A stretch of DNA of 63,687 nt, filler included, from Folioceros fuciformis (taxonomy: Eukaryota), in the NCBI GenBank assembly GCA_049999805.1. It is 4 parts of 4 records of this genome, joined end to end, with 100 filler letters (N's around TTAATTAATTAA, not from the genome) between each part and the next. Parts side by side here need not be neighbours in the genome. Positions count along the whole stretch, not along the records: positions 22,209 to 46,523 come from JBNGIO010006054.1; 3 more parts are not named here. The stretch is one strand, 5' to 3'. Below the pieces are notes generated by a model that saw nothing but the letters and a program-made list of their open reading frames with translations, had not been told where the DNA came from and did not search any database. Below are positions 23,682 to 37,511 of the stretch, in pieces. Made by a program: the position numbers and the translations under genes. The number at the start of each line of letters is the position of its first letter. The stretch's first letter is position 1.

Positions 23682-25122
23682 CATTTGACAGATACAAAGC
23701 TCGTCTTGTAGCACGAGGCTTTTCACAAGTGCCAGGTGTAGACTACCTGGAAACTTATGCTCCTGTGGTGAAACTCCCAACCCTGCGAGCCATGTGTGCA
23801 ATATCAGCATATAAGGATTATGAATTACAGATGTTTGATGTCAAGACAGCATTCTTGAATGACAAACTTGATACTGAAATTTATATGCAACAACCTCTTG
23901 GCTATGAAGTAAAAGGCAAGGAGGATTATGTTTGTAAATTACACAAAACCTTATATGGCTTGAAGCAATCTGCAATGGCCTGGAATGTAGTGTTGGACGC
24001 TGAACTTTTGGTCTTTGGCTTCACCAAGAGCCAAGCTGATGGAAGCCTTTACATCTACAACAAGAATGACATTGTGTGTTATCTGGCAGTGTATGTAGAT
24101 GATTTAATACTATCCAGCAACAACCAAGTTTTCATTACAAAGATAACATACTTACTTGCAACCAAGTTTAAGATGTCTAATCTTGGTCCCCTCCAGAGTT
24201 GCCTTGGTATACATGTGCAGCGCAACAGAAAAAAGAGAGTTATCACTCTAACACAACCAAGATACTTGCTGGCTAGTGTAGAACAGTTAGGACTGAAAGA
24301 TGCAAAATCAGCTGCAACACCTTTACCTTCTGGTTTGAGGTTGAGCAAAGACATGTCACCTCATACAGATGTTGAAAAAGGAAAAATGGCATTGGTGCCT
24401 TATGGGCAAGCTGTTGGTAAATTGATATGTGCTGCCAATACTACCCGTCTTGAGGTAGCCTTTGCCACAAGCTCCCTCTCACAGTTCCTTGAAAATCCAG
24501 GTCAAGAGCACTAGTCATGTGCTAAATGAGTATTCAGATACTTAAAGGGAACACCTCACAAAGGTATAAAGTATTGTTACACACCTAAACAGCAGTTGGA
24601 ACTTGATGTGTTTACTGATTTTGACTATGCTGGCGACATAGAAAATCGAAAGTCAGTATCTGGTTATGTGGTGAGTATTGCTGGTGGACCAATATGCTGG
24701 ATGAGTAAAAAGCAGCCCACAGTAGCACTCTCTAGTACGGAAGCTGAATATCGAGTGCTTACAGCAGCAGCAAAGGAAGTGATATGGTGTACCTTACTCT
24801 TCAGCGAGATGGGAATTGCCTTGCCTTCCTGTACAGTGATTCACACAGATAATCAAGGCTCCATGCTGCTGGCTCAAAACCCAGTGTTCCATGCCAGGAC
24901 TAAACACGTAGAGGTAGAATACCATTTTATTCGTGACCTCATCAAAGCTGGCAAAATTAGTCTTGAGTACATACCAACGCAAGAAAATCCAGCTGACATC
25001 TTGACAAAGGCACTTGGAAAAGAGTTACATGAACGGCATGTAAAAAGTTTAGGCCTAGGGGACTCTACAGAGTTCCTAGGCAATTCAGCTGAAACCTAAA
25101 AGGTTCAAAGTGGCAAGGTGCC

Positions 25123-26060
25123 CTAGCTCCCACTACCGTTTGAGGAGTATCCATCATAACAATTACCCCGTAACTCATCCAGGCTTCTCAGTGACCAGGA
25201 ACCGGAAGAATCTCCAGACTGAAGGTTGTCTTCCTCCTCCTCAGATGATCCAGGAGGGACATACTTCTTCAGCTCCTTCACTCTTCTTTTCTCTTTCTTC
25301 CTAGCCTGCTCAGATTTTCTATCTTCTGAAGCCTGGTTCTCCTCCTTTTTCAGCCGGTAGCTAGACCCTGCCACAGACAATGGGAACTAAGTATGCCTTC
25401 CACTGCTCAGCTCAACAAAGAAATGTTAACAACATGCACAGGCCCTGCAGAATCCACAACATGCAAGCCTGGAAACTTACTGTAAGTACTGATCATGTGT
25501 CCGGGAACCAACCAGAAACTTTTTATCTTCACCCAATGCATGGTGGTCTTCTTCTCCCCGACTTTGACAGCATACCACAAAGGGCTTCTTGGGAATTTGA
25601 CTGAACCGAAGGTGACGATCTGGGTTTCCTCAGCTACATGAGACGGAACTGGAAAGCTCAGATGCTTACTGGGATTAGAATCAAATTCGCAAGATGGCAA
25701 TTCAGTATTCATAGGACTGGCGGAAGCAGACTGTTTTGGGATTTTCGGCTTCACGCTGCAGGCGCGAAGAGCTGAGGTCCCTCCCATGGAATTGTTCTTG
25801 CAGATTGACTCCTTCCCGTGATGCTAAGTGTTGCTTGCGGTGCCTCCTTCACCCTGAAGCAGCTTAGGTTTCTTGCTTGCCCGCTCTTTGCCTTTGCTAG
25901 AATCCCGTGAGGTCTTCTTTGTCTCGCAGGCAGTTGCTCTAGTGGCGGCAAATCGGCCTAGGGCATCCCGATTCTGGCATCGGCGCTTAGACGAGGAAGC
26001 ATCATCAGCTGTGGAATCCAAGTCTCAGACCGTCGCAAGCTCTTGCCCCACATAGCTCAT
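25123..26060 (-). pseudogene. Decayed antisense ORF in the 3' region of D'
   Basis: Tiling minus-strand ORFs 25824-26021, 25407-25787 and 25123-25380; in-frame ATG at 26060. Confidence 0.5.
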
Positions 26061-26301
26061 GAAAATGAGGCTGAGCGCGTAAAGGAGAATTAAGAGCAGG
26101 GCAAACCTGTATTCCGGCCCCCGCTCAGTGCTGTTATAGCAGTCTTTCATGCCTTCAGTTTCCATGGAGCGCAATGAGGATGAGGAGTAGTGCTCAATCC
26201 GTGAGTGGTGGCCCGTTGCTTGGAGGGGAGCTCAACGGGCACAGTCTCACAAGGCTCACGGCGGCTACGATTGTCCTTGAATCTTAATCAGCAAGTGGGA
26301 G

Positions 26302-26554
26302 TAATGATATATAGTGCTAATATATGATTAAAGGGTTTATGCTTGATTTAAGATACGTTGAGTTATGATTAAATAGTTTATGGTGTCGTTTCGTTAGGGT
26401 TACGACTCCAAGTGAAGAGCTACAACGTTTCACATTTTTAGTTTAATTTGTGCTATATTTTATAGACACTTACTTCTTCTTTTTTAAGAGAACCAATTAT
26501 GTAAATGTTTTAATGAAATTAATTGTTTTAATTGCATTTACTTATATTTCATCA
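26302..26554 (+). repeat. 3' LTR of D' (TA...CA termini)
   Basis: Follows PPT; TAATGATAT...ATTTCATCA imperfect inverted ends; AT-rich. Confidence 0.7.
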
Positions 26555-27610
26555 TGACTTACTTGGAAGATAAGTGATGTGACAACTATCTGCGTTTAAA
26601 ATGACTTGCATACTATGTTCTAAACATACGCTAGCAGCAGACACTAAGTATTTGTGCATGGAAGGTACATGAAGGACATGAGAGAGAGAGGGAACTTGGC
26701 CAGAAGAACATCTAAGAATGATAGAACCTACACCAGAGATGGGAAGGATGTGGTCATCGTCCAAAAGGACAGTTTGGTGTCTTGTGATTAGCGAATAAGA
26801 CTCAAAAGAGTTTATGTTGTGATAGATGTGTGATGTAGCTCCATTGTCCAAGTACCAATTTGGGTTTGTTGGCTTTAATAATGCCAAGCATACAATGAGA
26901 GCTGATGGTGTTGAGGAAGATTGTTTCTTTACAGCAACATGTGCCCTAGGTGTGGCCTCCTTTCTAGGCTCGCCATTCTTCTTCTTATAGCAGTCCTTCT
27001 CCATATGATTAGGTATTCTGCACCAATTACAAATAACTCCAATCTTCTGTTTACCTTTTGTAAGCATTGAAGAAGATGTAGATTCTCCATGAGGAGGGTT
27101 GGTATATGGGCGAGAAGTCTTGGGTGTTTTACCTTGGGCACGTCCTCAGCCTCTACCTTTGCCTCTTCCAGTGAACATCACTTGATGTCTAGTGGAGCGA
27201 GTGTCATGACGACAGCTGGAGTCCTCCTATATTATGGCTTCTATGAGCTCATTTAAGCTGATATCCAACATTGAAGAACCTTCAGATGCCATAGCCTTCT
27301 GTGCATTATGAGGGATGGTATTTTATGTTGTCAGGAACGTTTGATAGGAAGGTGGTAGGGTGGATAAAAGATAAATGAATGCATTCTTTCTGGAGATTTT
27401 CTCTCCAAATGCTGATTCAAGGTTGTTTTTAGCCAATCCAAAAGCACTAATATGGCTCTCAATGGAACCGTTTTCTCTCATCTTGAGATTTTGGAAATTT
27501 TAGGTGGTCGTCAATATGCTCATCACATAATTTGAAGCATATATTTGAGCGAGATGATCCTACATTTCCTTGGAGGTTTCTGCTTCTGAAACTTGTTGAA
27601 CCATTTATTC
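26555..27610 (-). pseudogene. Copia element E gag-protease relic
   Basis: CNWCRIPNHMEKDC, ALIVCLA...WYLDNGATSH, LPPSYQTF. Confidence 0.85.
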
Positions 27611-30600
27611 GATAAGTCCTTATTATAATATCTATTTTTTTCATGAAGAAAAGGATTCTGATTAATTTAATGGAAGATGTCTTCCACTTACAATACATAG
27701 GGGGACCCCCCTGCTTACGTATGTACAGGGCATGAGCACCATGAGAGGGGAGAGCTGACCTCGTGTTCGAAACTCAAGACATGACACACAGAGGGCGCAC
27801 CCCTACACTATGGTAGCAGCAGGTTGCTAAGACCACTTAGACTTAAACCTCAAATTCACCCAGAGACCATAAGGGCTCACCTTCCCTAGGGGCACGTGGG
27901 ATTCCAATGCTCATCATTCCCAATATCAAGAAAGCCCACTGTCCTCCATTCTTTCCACTTGAACTGATTCCGATGGGACTGCCTCAAAGCTTCTGCTGCA
28001 ATCAGTAAGTGCTCCCATATGCGCCATAATAAAGCCTTAGTTGAGGTTAACTCTTGTCCTCCATAGACCACAGAGGACCACTTAACCCAAAGATAAAAAA
28101 GGCAAGAAGACCGCAATAAGCCCCACCATTGTGTCTGAAGTAAACTTTAGGCTTGCTTGAGACTGCATCCAACCCAAATAAGGCTGATTGTTTCTTGATC
28201 CTGAGATTAGCACCAGGAAAAATCCTTTGCAGCCACCTGCCCACCTCCCTCCAAATCTCCTGAGCAAAGCTGCAATGAAAGAACATGTGCTGACTTTTGT
28301 TCGGGGTACCAGAGGTGCAAAGTCGACACAGCTCCTCTCTCGCTACAACTAACAGCCCATCCCAACGATCTGCATTAGGTATACATGCTTGAAAAAAACA
28401 CCAAACCTTAGTCCTCACCTTGGGAGGGATTCCTACTGACTTCCATAGTAGCTTGATAGCTTCCCTTTGTCGCCGCACCAATAGCTGCAGCCTGGGAGCC
28501 ATTAGCTGTCGTTGCTTGATTTTCTGCGCTCGCACCATCCAGAGGAATATGTCCGCCGTTGGGAAGTTGAAGAAAGATCGAAGGCTAGCCTCCTTGCTCC
28601 CTGGACACCTGGGCCATTTGTAGAGGTCTAGTCTTAAGGCTAATGCCCAATTTTCCACCTGTTGAAACCAGCACCATACCATAGACTTGTCTGAGGGTTG
28701 CGGCTCATTAGGGCATTTGTCTTGAGTGCACCATCACCCTGCTTGAACAGTTTTAGAGAGGACTGTGATGGCCCACAACTCCCCTCTTCGAACTACACCA
28801 TCATCCCTGCCCTGATCTTCCAAAAGTCCTTCAAGCGACATGACCTTGAACGTCCGCAACTGTCCTTTGTCCGCCGTACCTGAAAGCCAAACAACCCTAT
28901 CTAATTCTAGGGTTTCCTCCTATTCACCCTCCTCAAAGTCTACTCCCTTACTGTCCATGGAGTATGCATACCACCCCTCAGCGCCCGTGATAGGATGTTG
29001 CCTTAAAACCTATTGCACCTTATCCTCTAACCCTTCTCGCAACCATGAAAATATGAGTCTGACATGTTGAGCCACTAACCCAAAATCCCCCTTGACCTCC
29101 TCCACCTCCTTCCAACGGGACTCTGATCTATTCCATAAGTGCCCAAGCTGGATAACTCCTTTTCGACATGCCAACCCGAAAATTTGTGACGAATATAGCC
29201 TTGACCTGGACTCTTGAGCCCACAACCTTGAGAATCCTTGCAAAGGAATACCAAGTACATCATCAACATTCGAAAGGTTACCAGGAATAATGCATTGTTT
29301 TACCTCTAAGTAACTACACCAGATGGACTTGAAGAGTGGGGAGCATTCTGCAGTATCAAGTAATGGTTTGTTAGCAAGGATGTTGTCTGTAGACCTCCTT
29401 CTTCCCCTAGGAACAGCTTGAGTGCAGTCCAGATGCTGTGTTAGAAGACTCTTCCAGGGGTAGTACGCCAAATTAATTGCCATTACAACCCACCGAGCAT
29501 GCAAAACTTTCATCTTAGCAACTGGATTCACCACCTCGAGTCCCCCCAAACCACGAGCCTGAATTATGTGTTGCCAAGACACTTAAGAGCACCCGGCCAT
29601 GCTATCCCCCGAACGTTTCCACAAGAATGAGGTCAGCACCTGTTGCAACCGCTTCACCTCTGTCTTGGAGGGGGACCATAAGAACAAATAATACCATAGA
29701 GAGGTTGTAAAGATATGATTAATCACCACTAGCCTTCCTGCAAGGTTAAGCTCCAACAACTATAAGCTCGCCACTTTTCGAATGAATCTGAGGCACACAT
29801 ATTTCCCTATCTCACCATTCTCATTCCTCTCTTGAAAGGGGAGCCCCAAATACTTGTGGGTGGACCCCAAAGACACTCGCCTAATGCATTGAGGGAGCTC
29901 CCCTTCCATGTGCACACACATCATGCGAGTCTTGCTCCAATTAACCTTACATCCGGATAACTCCCCAAAGACCTTAACCTGTTGGAGCAAAGCTTTTAAT
30001 GAGGCCTCCTCAGCCGAGGAAAAGAGGAGAGTATTATCTGCAAACACAGATACCCTTAGCTACGTTTCGTCTGGGTTCCGAATACCTTCCACTGCTGGGT
30101 CTTGCTTAACTGCTTGGAGAAAGAAGTCAGTAACAATAATAAATAAGAATGGAGCTAGGGGGCACCCCTAACGTACCAAACGATAAATGCCAAAGCGCTT
30201 CTTAAAGGACCCATTGACATCCACCTTGGCACCTGCGTTGTCACACAAAATGGCTATCCATCTACAAAAATTATTCCCAAACCCAAAACTACGCAAGCAT
30301 CTCCACAAGAAATGCCACTCAATGGAGTCATAGGCCTTGTAAAAGTGAAGGGAAATGAAGATGGCAGCTTTCTTCTGTACCTGTATATTGTACTTAGCTT
30401 CCCGCAGGAGAAAGAGGTTGTCTAGGATGCACCTATTTTGAATGAAACCTCGCTGCTCTTTCTCAATCTAATCATCAAGAAAGGGTTTGATGCGGTTGGC
30501 CATTATCTTAGCAATCACCTTATATGTGTTTGTGAGCTAGGTGATTGGGCGCCAATTAGAGATGGACAAACTGGCGTCCTGCTTAGGAAGCAAGGAGATG

Positions 30601-31775
30601 ACCCCATATTAAACCAACTTCCCATGCTACCGTCCTCCCAAATCATGCTCACCGCCTCCATGAATAAAGGCTTCATAAACTCCCACCCCCAAAGCAGGAA
30701 CTTGGGAGGGATACCATCATGATCCGGGGATTTATCCCTCGGCATCCCCTTCAGAGCCTGAAACACCTCATCTACAGTTATCGGCTTATCTAGCGCCCTG
30801 CACTGATCATCAGACACCTTAGCCGAGAGTGAATTATAGGTAGCAGACCAAAGTTGCTCCCACCCTGCCATCTTCCCAACACTAGAGAAAATTCCCACAA
30901 AGAAGAGAGTAATGAGTTTTTTAAACCTTCTAGCAAATCCTACACCACGCCTTGCGCATAAGGGAGGGCAGGGATTTGTGTCCTATGCTGGTTAGCAGCC
31001 ACCTTATCGAAGATGAATTTAGAAGGGCCATCTCCTTCCCTCACCCACTTAACCTTGGCCCATTTAAACCAACCTCTGGCTTTGTCCTCCTCCAACTTGG
31101 CCAAAGCGCACTGCACCTCAGTTTCCCGGGCCTCTTCTGCGTTTGTGAAGTCCCGGTCCTCGCAATTCCTTTGGAACCAGCATAGTTCCTCCCTCAAAAC
31201 ATTCTTGCTGGCATTGCTCTTCTGCTCACTGAACCCCACGCCTCCTCAGGTACCTAGTTGCTTCATTGTTGGCACACCAATTTGAGCACCGCAAGTTCTG
31301 CCCCTTGTTTGATTCCCTGCCAGATGTTTTTGACATCATCGAATACACCTTTTTCCTTGAATAAGGATGTGTTCATCCAAAAAATTTGCATATGCCTCCT
31401 TTGACGCCTAGAGTCTGGAGCAAGCCTCAAGTGCAAATAATTGGGTGGTGGTCAGACAGGATCGTACCAACGAGAATACTGTACGACTGCACAAAGGACA
31501 ACCATCTTGAAGGTGTATAGAACCTGTCCAATGTGCGCGCTCCCAAACTCTGTTGTTATTGGTTGGACCAACTAAACATCAAGGATTGTGGTTGGCGATG
31601 TGCCGGGAGGGCCAACCACGGATCCTGTACAGCCAAGACAGTATCTCTTAGCTCCTGCCAAGACATAGGCACTGCCCGGATATCTATTGGGCTATCCCCT
31701 CTAATGTCTTCTCGTCTTTCAACAAAGTTGATGTCACCGGCCAGCATCCACGGGATCTGATCATCCAGTTGATCT

Positions 31776-32103
31776 TGACGTGGATCGAGCTAGCATCACG
31801 CACGTATGCAGATCGCATAAGAGTATATTCAATATTGCACGGGAACGTGCTGGTGGCTTACACGCGGCTTGTCCATGTCGCTTGACATCTCGGTAGTTAG
31901 AAAAACAAATAACCATCCTAGCACGTAACCCTAACTACTTCTAGGTATAGACAATTATATATATATATAGTNNNNNNNNNNNNNNNNNNNNNNNNNNNNN
32001 NNNNNNNNNNNNNNNNNNNNNNNNNNNNNNNNNNNNNNNNNNNNNNNNNNNNNNNNNNNNNNNNNNNNNNNGGTTTAGGGTGAAACGAAACACTACGCCG
32101 TCA
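31776..32103 (-). repeat. 3' LTR of F (contains a 100-N gap)
   Basis: Matches 37716-37947. Confidence 0.95.
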
Positions 32104-32316
32104 CCCCCACTTGAGTTTGATGACTGAAAAAAAAACTTTGCACTCGACGACATGACTCTGCTGACCTACTTTCTCTCAATCTGCACGCTGCTGCTGAAGA
32201 ATCGTGCATTTGTTCTCGCCTGGATCGTCACCGCCTTGGACCGTGTCAGCACCCGGCCTCTCCCGAAATTACTACATAGCTGCGACATAATCCAGGGTGC
32301 TATCAGGCAGTAGTCT

Positions 32317-35300
32317 TCATTCCTCACTGCAGAGTGCTATGCCCAGTCTTGTTGCATGCTTGTTATGCTGTTCTTTAGACAAGGCTTTTGTGAGTAAATC
32401 AGCCGGATTTTTGGCAGTAGGTATGTAGATGACTGCAATTTGTCCATTTCCTACTACTTCGCGAATGAAGTGATGATGTATTTCCATGTGTTTGACCTTG
32501 GAGTGGAAAACCGGATTTCTTGATAATGCAACAGCCCCTTGGTTATCACAGTGAAGGATGGTTGCCTCCCTCTGGGTTACCCCCACATCTGCCAGGTTCC
32601 TTCTCACCCAAATCGCTTCTTTAGCTGCAACTGTTAAAGCCTTATATTCCGCTTCTGTGCTGGAAGTAGAAATAGTAGCTTGCTTCTTGCTGGTCCAAGA
32701 AATGGGACCTCCAGCAAGCATAAATACAAAGGCTGACAGTGATTTTCTGCTGTCCAGGTCCGAAGCCCAGTCAGAATCGCAGTAACCTTCAAGGGTGAGA
32801 TCCTGGTCCTCTGTGCCCACATAGGTTATGCCGAAATTTGCAGTGCTCTTCAGATAGCGAAAGGTTCTTTTTACTTGACTCCAATGCTCTGGATGTGGAC
32901 TGTCCAGGAATTGGGATTCTAGACTGACTGGAAAAGCAATGTCCGGCCTGGTAACATTTGAGAGATAAATCAAGGTGCCAACAGCATGCCTGTATGGCGT
33001 TCGTGCCATTTCTTCTGCTTCTTCTGAGGTTAGCTGACCCATGTTTTTCTGCAGTCTCAGCCCTGCAGCAAGAGGGGTGGCACTCCCATTTGCTTCACTC
33101 ATGTTAAATTTCTTAAGGCTGTCCCTAATGTACTTCCTCTGAAATATGGACAGTCTCCGTGCTTTCCTGTCTCGTTTAATTTCTATGCCTAGGCACCAGG
33201 TCAATTCCCCAAGCTCGGTCATTTCGAATTCTCGCCTCAGGAGATCCTTTACTTTCTGAAGAAGGCTTCCCTTGCCCTTGGTAGCTGCCAGAATCAAATC
33301 ATCGACGTATAGTAACAGGATCAGGAACTCTCTACCTTCTTGCAGCACATACAAGCCAGGGTCAGCAGTGCCCTGCTTGAATTCCAGTCTCTTCAGGTGT
33401 GAATCAATTCTCTGATTCCAGGCTCGAGGGCTCTGTTTGAGCCCGTACAGAGTCTTCTGTAGTTTGCAGACTAGGTGACCAGCATTTGGCTGAACATAAC
33501 CCTCTGGTTGTTCCATGTACAGGTCCTCCTCCAGCATGCCATGCAAAAACGCCGTTTTTACATCCATTTGTTCCAGGTCTAAATCCATGTGGGCAGCCAG
33601 AGCCAGAACCATGCGCAAGGTAGAGAATTTGACAACTGGTGCGAAAGTGTCGAAATAATCAACTCCAGGAATCTGAGAGAAACCTCTCGCGACCAAGCGG
33701 GCCTTGTACCTTGCTATACTACCATCAGCATTCACTTTACGTTTAAATACCCACTTGCAGGATATGGGCTTTCTACCCTCAGGTAACTCAACTAGAGTCC
33801 ATGTTCCATTTTTTATGATTGAGGAATACTCCTCATCTACTGCTTTCTTCCAGAATTTTTCTTCAGGACCTGAATATGCCTGCTGCATGTTTGCAGGTTC
33901 CGTGGAATCGGTGGTTGCTGCAAGTAAAGCCTGTACATAGGCTGTAGAAGGTGTTGTCTCCTCTTCTGGATGTCCAGCACTCTAAGGTTCTCCGCCTGAT
34001 CCAGGTGCCCCAACTGGTGGCACATCAGTAGCAGCAGATGTACTGCCCTGATCCTTGTTGCTTTTCTGCTTTCTAGACTTAGATTTGCGTGTCACTGCAG
34101 GCCGCCAGTCCTCCATCTCCAAAGGAGGCTCCTTCCACGGTCTATTCCTCTCTCTCAAACTGTACCTCCGAGGCTGCTCTTCAGGTGGCTGTTCAGCTCC
34201 ATCCAAACCGACATCGTCATCAACTTTGGCCCCCACTTTAGGTACATGCTCCAGATCGCCAGGATCATGTTCTGGAGATAAATCATCGTCTGCATTTGGT
34301 TCCAGCATGTTTTCATCGTACTCGCCTGACTGATCAAAATTAGACACTTCCAGAGTGTCCCCATCAACTTGGCTCAACACCTGAAGGTCCTCAAGCAAGT
34401 CTTCTTCCTCATCATGTTCGGTGACCACAGCTGGTATTTGCTCTACACCACTGCCAGTGTCAAGAGTGGCTGTAGGTGGCCGCATTACCCTTCGTTCATC
34501 GAACAACACACTTCTAGCATGACTGACATCACGTGTTGCAGGGTCATACAGTTTATAGGCCTTTATACCATCCGTATATCCAATGAACACTAACTTGTGT
34601 GCTCGATCATGCAGCTTGGTTCTTCGCTTGGGCTTTGGAACAAAGGCGTAAGCAGGTGCACCAAAGATTCGAAGGTGTTGGAGTGCAGGCTTCCTGCCCC
34701 ACCATGCCTCAAACGGGGTCTGACCAGGTACAACCCGAGTAGGTAGTCTGTTCAATAAATAGTTTGCTGTGTTAATGGCCTCAGCCCAATAACCTCAAGG
34801 CAGACGAGATTGTTTTAGCAGTGCTCTAGCAGTCTCCTGAAGCAACTGATTTTTCTTTTCAGCCACGCCATTTAATTGAGCTGTATGCGGAACTGTAAGC
34901 TGCCTCTGGATGCCGAGAGACCGACAATATGCATGGAAGGCCCCTGAGGTATACTCCCCACCATTGTCGGATCTTAGGCATCAAAGTTTGTGGCCAGTCT
35001 GTCGTTCTCCCATCAACAGATAATCTTGAAAACGCTGAAGTGCCTCACTCTTGTATTTCAGGATATACAAAATGCAATAGCGGGTGAAATCGTCGATGAA
35101 CGTCAAAAAATATTCACCTCCACCAATCGACGGTACAGAAATAGGGCCACAAATGTCCGAATGGACTAACTCCAGGGGTGCAGAGGCACGATGAGCTCCA
35201 TCCTTGTCAAATGCAAACTCATGATGCTTGCCATAAATGCAGGATTCACACAAAGGTAGAGCCCCCACTGAACCTGGTATGCCATCTGAATAGAGAGAAC

Positions 35301-36977
35301 TCTTGGCCATTGATAACAGCTTTCGTTCATGTGGGTGACCACAGCGTGGATGCCAAAGCATGGCAGTCTCACTAGGGGAGAGACCTGTAGATACACCAGC
35401 AACATGTAATATGGGCAAGCGACTCCCAACTACACTCAGCTGGTAAATATCGTTGATTGGATACCCTTCAGCCAACACCTCATCTGGTTGTGCACCATTG
35501 GTGATTGTACATTTCTCTCCACGGAAATTAACTTGCATGCCAGTATCTGAAGTAAGCCTACGAACAGATAACAAATTCTTCGTCACTGCCGGGACATGAA
35601 GGACGTTCAACAGCTCCAATTTCCTCCCATGATGCAGCTGCAAGGTAACCTTCCCTGTCCCTGCAATTGGAAGAGTGCTGTCATCTCCAAGGAGTACTGA
35701 CTGTACATCTTGATAATGCTGGTAATCACAAAACTGTGCACGATCATGGCAGATGTGCGCCGATGCACCCAAGTCTATGAACCAAGCAGGAGTGTGAGGG
35801 CCAGATGTTGTAAGACACACAGTGAATATGACCTGTGTCGGCTTCTTCCTAGAAGCTTGCACAGCATGTGCTTCCGGAGAGCCAGCACTCTCCTTTCTCG
35901 GCTCACCAGCTTGTCGCTTGCGACAATCTCGAGCCCAGTGGCCAGGTATGCCACACCAGTTACAATTTCCAGACTTTTTCTGATTACTTGAGGCTTGACC
36001 AGGTCCACTGAAATTGGACCTCCCGCCCCTGCTTGCACTCCAGCCTCCTCGTCCTCTTCTGTAGGGCTTGCCCCTACCAGCAAAGAGGGCTTGCTGGCCC
36101 TGCACTTGCTGTTTCCCAGAGCGAGAGGACAGCCGAGTTGCTTCCTCTTGAAGCATAGCCCCCACCACACCGTTAAATGTAAGGGGTTCAGCGTCAATCT
36201 TCAAAGCCTTTGAGAGACGAGCTTCGACCTTCGCCATGGCTTGCTGGCCGGTGACAAAGGGCTCGTAGCTCGGAGGAAGTGAATTCAACAATCTGCAACT
36301 GGCATCATAGTCGGTAATCTTCGTTCCTGTAGAACTTAGCTTGGCTCGGGCAATGCGAAAACGTGCAACATAGTGCTCCACTGTCTCACCCTCTTGCATT
36401 CTAAGAGAGTGGTATTTTGCTGATCAGCCATGGAAGCCGCCATATCGTGGGATGCAAACATCGTTGCCAGGTGCGTCCACATGTCCATGGCAGAGTCCCC
36501 AGGCCCATCGGAGGCTTGCCTCATCATCTCTGGAGACAAACCTGATCTAATCAGGTTCTTTGCTCGGATGTCAGCCAAATGCCAAACCGGCATGTCTGCG
36601 GAGGTTACTTCAGGTTTGAGAGTCTCCCCATTCACCATGTGCCACAAATTCTTTTCTTCAAGTGCGCCTTGCATGCGCATCGCCCATATATCGTATTCGC
36701 TTCCAGTAACAAGGCGGTCCTTTTCCTTAAACCCGCCACTGGTAAGAGATTGAAGTGCCTGGAGCACATCCTCCCTCGCTTTGTTGTCTAAATCACCCAT
36801 TCTTCTACTTGGATCTGACCAGTTGGTAGCTACTGACGCTCGTGCTGAATCAACATCCGTGCCCCCCGCAGACCTAGTGTCTGTGTTTAAATCTTCGTCA
36901 TCAAGGTCTATCAGACCAGCTTCACTTGCAAGATGCTGCAGCCAGGTGGGCGTCCCGTACAGCCCTTCTTCACTCAT
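32317..36977 (-). pseudogene. Element F gag-pol with a few stops and frameshifts
   Basis: ORFs 36336-36977, 34981-36399 (CNWCGIPGHWARDC, HSDICGP), 33982-34755, 32317-33888 (LYVDDL, RNase H). Confidence 0.95.
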
Positions 36978-37019
36978 CAGCAGCTATCATTTTTAGACTC
37001 GACTTATTCGCTGTTGACA

Positions 37020-37511
37020 CTATGTGCAAATATTGTGATTTTGTTGGGTAGCAAGTGACTCTAAGATTTTGGTTTGTTCCTGGATTTGCGGTTTTGCAAG
37101 AATGAACAACTTAGCATCTACTTGCTGCAGGTGGGAGTCAAGTCTAGTGATCTGGTCAGTAAGACTATCTAAGGTTGACAAGATGTGTTGGGTGCGACAA
37201 AGTGCAGTGCCGTTTATGTTATCCAGATGCTGGGTAAGGTGCTGCATAGAGACAGTGAGAGACTCTTCCCTCTCCCTTGTCAAAGACTCAACATGACGAC
37301 ACGCTGATTCTCTACGACTGTTCGCTAGAGACCTGCAGTAAGCATGAATGCTCGGATTGGGAGTGGCAAGGTGTGGAATTCTCTCAAGAAAGTTGTGCAG
37401 CCTACTGACGTGCTGTCCCCTTGGCGAAGGGATGTTTGTGACTTCGTAAGGTGGGACTGTATGGAAAACTCTTCGCTGGTTTCCACGGCTGTGCCTCTGG
37501 CGTGGTGCCAT
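37020..37511 (-). CDS. ORF0 of F, 163 aa, intact
   Basis: MAPRQRHSRGNQRRVFHTVPP...ILSTLDSLTDQITRLDSHLQQVDAKLFIL; ends 42 bp before the gag ATG. Confidence 0.7.
   Translation of the reverse strand: MAPRQRHSRGNQRRVFHTVPPYEVTNIPSPRGQHVSRLHNFLERIPHLATPNPSIHAYCRSLANSRRESACRHVESLTREREESLTVSMQHLTQHLDNINGTALCRTQHILSTLDSLTDQITRLDSHLQQVDAKLFILAKPQIQEQTKILESLATQQNHNICT

Larger units (their letters stand above)
22209..26554 (+). mobile_element. Copia element D', 3' half (IN, RT, RH, 1.2-kb 3' region, 3' LTR)
   Basis: ORFs 22271-23293, 23729-24514 (YVDD), 24596-25099; PPT AAGTGGGAG 26293-26301; LTR 26302-26554. Confidence 0.88.

Noticed and set aside
19852-26554. D and D' as one complete element
   Set aside because: The LTRs do not match, no TSD (TAACC versus TGACT), and a linker lies between them
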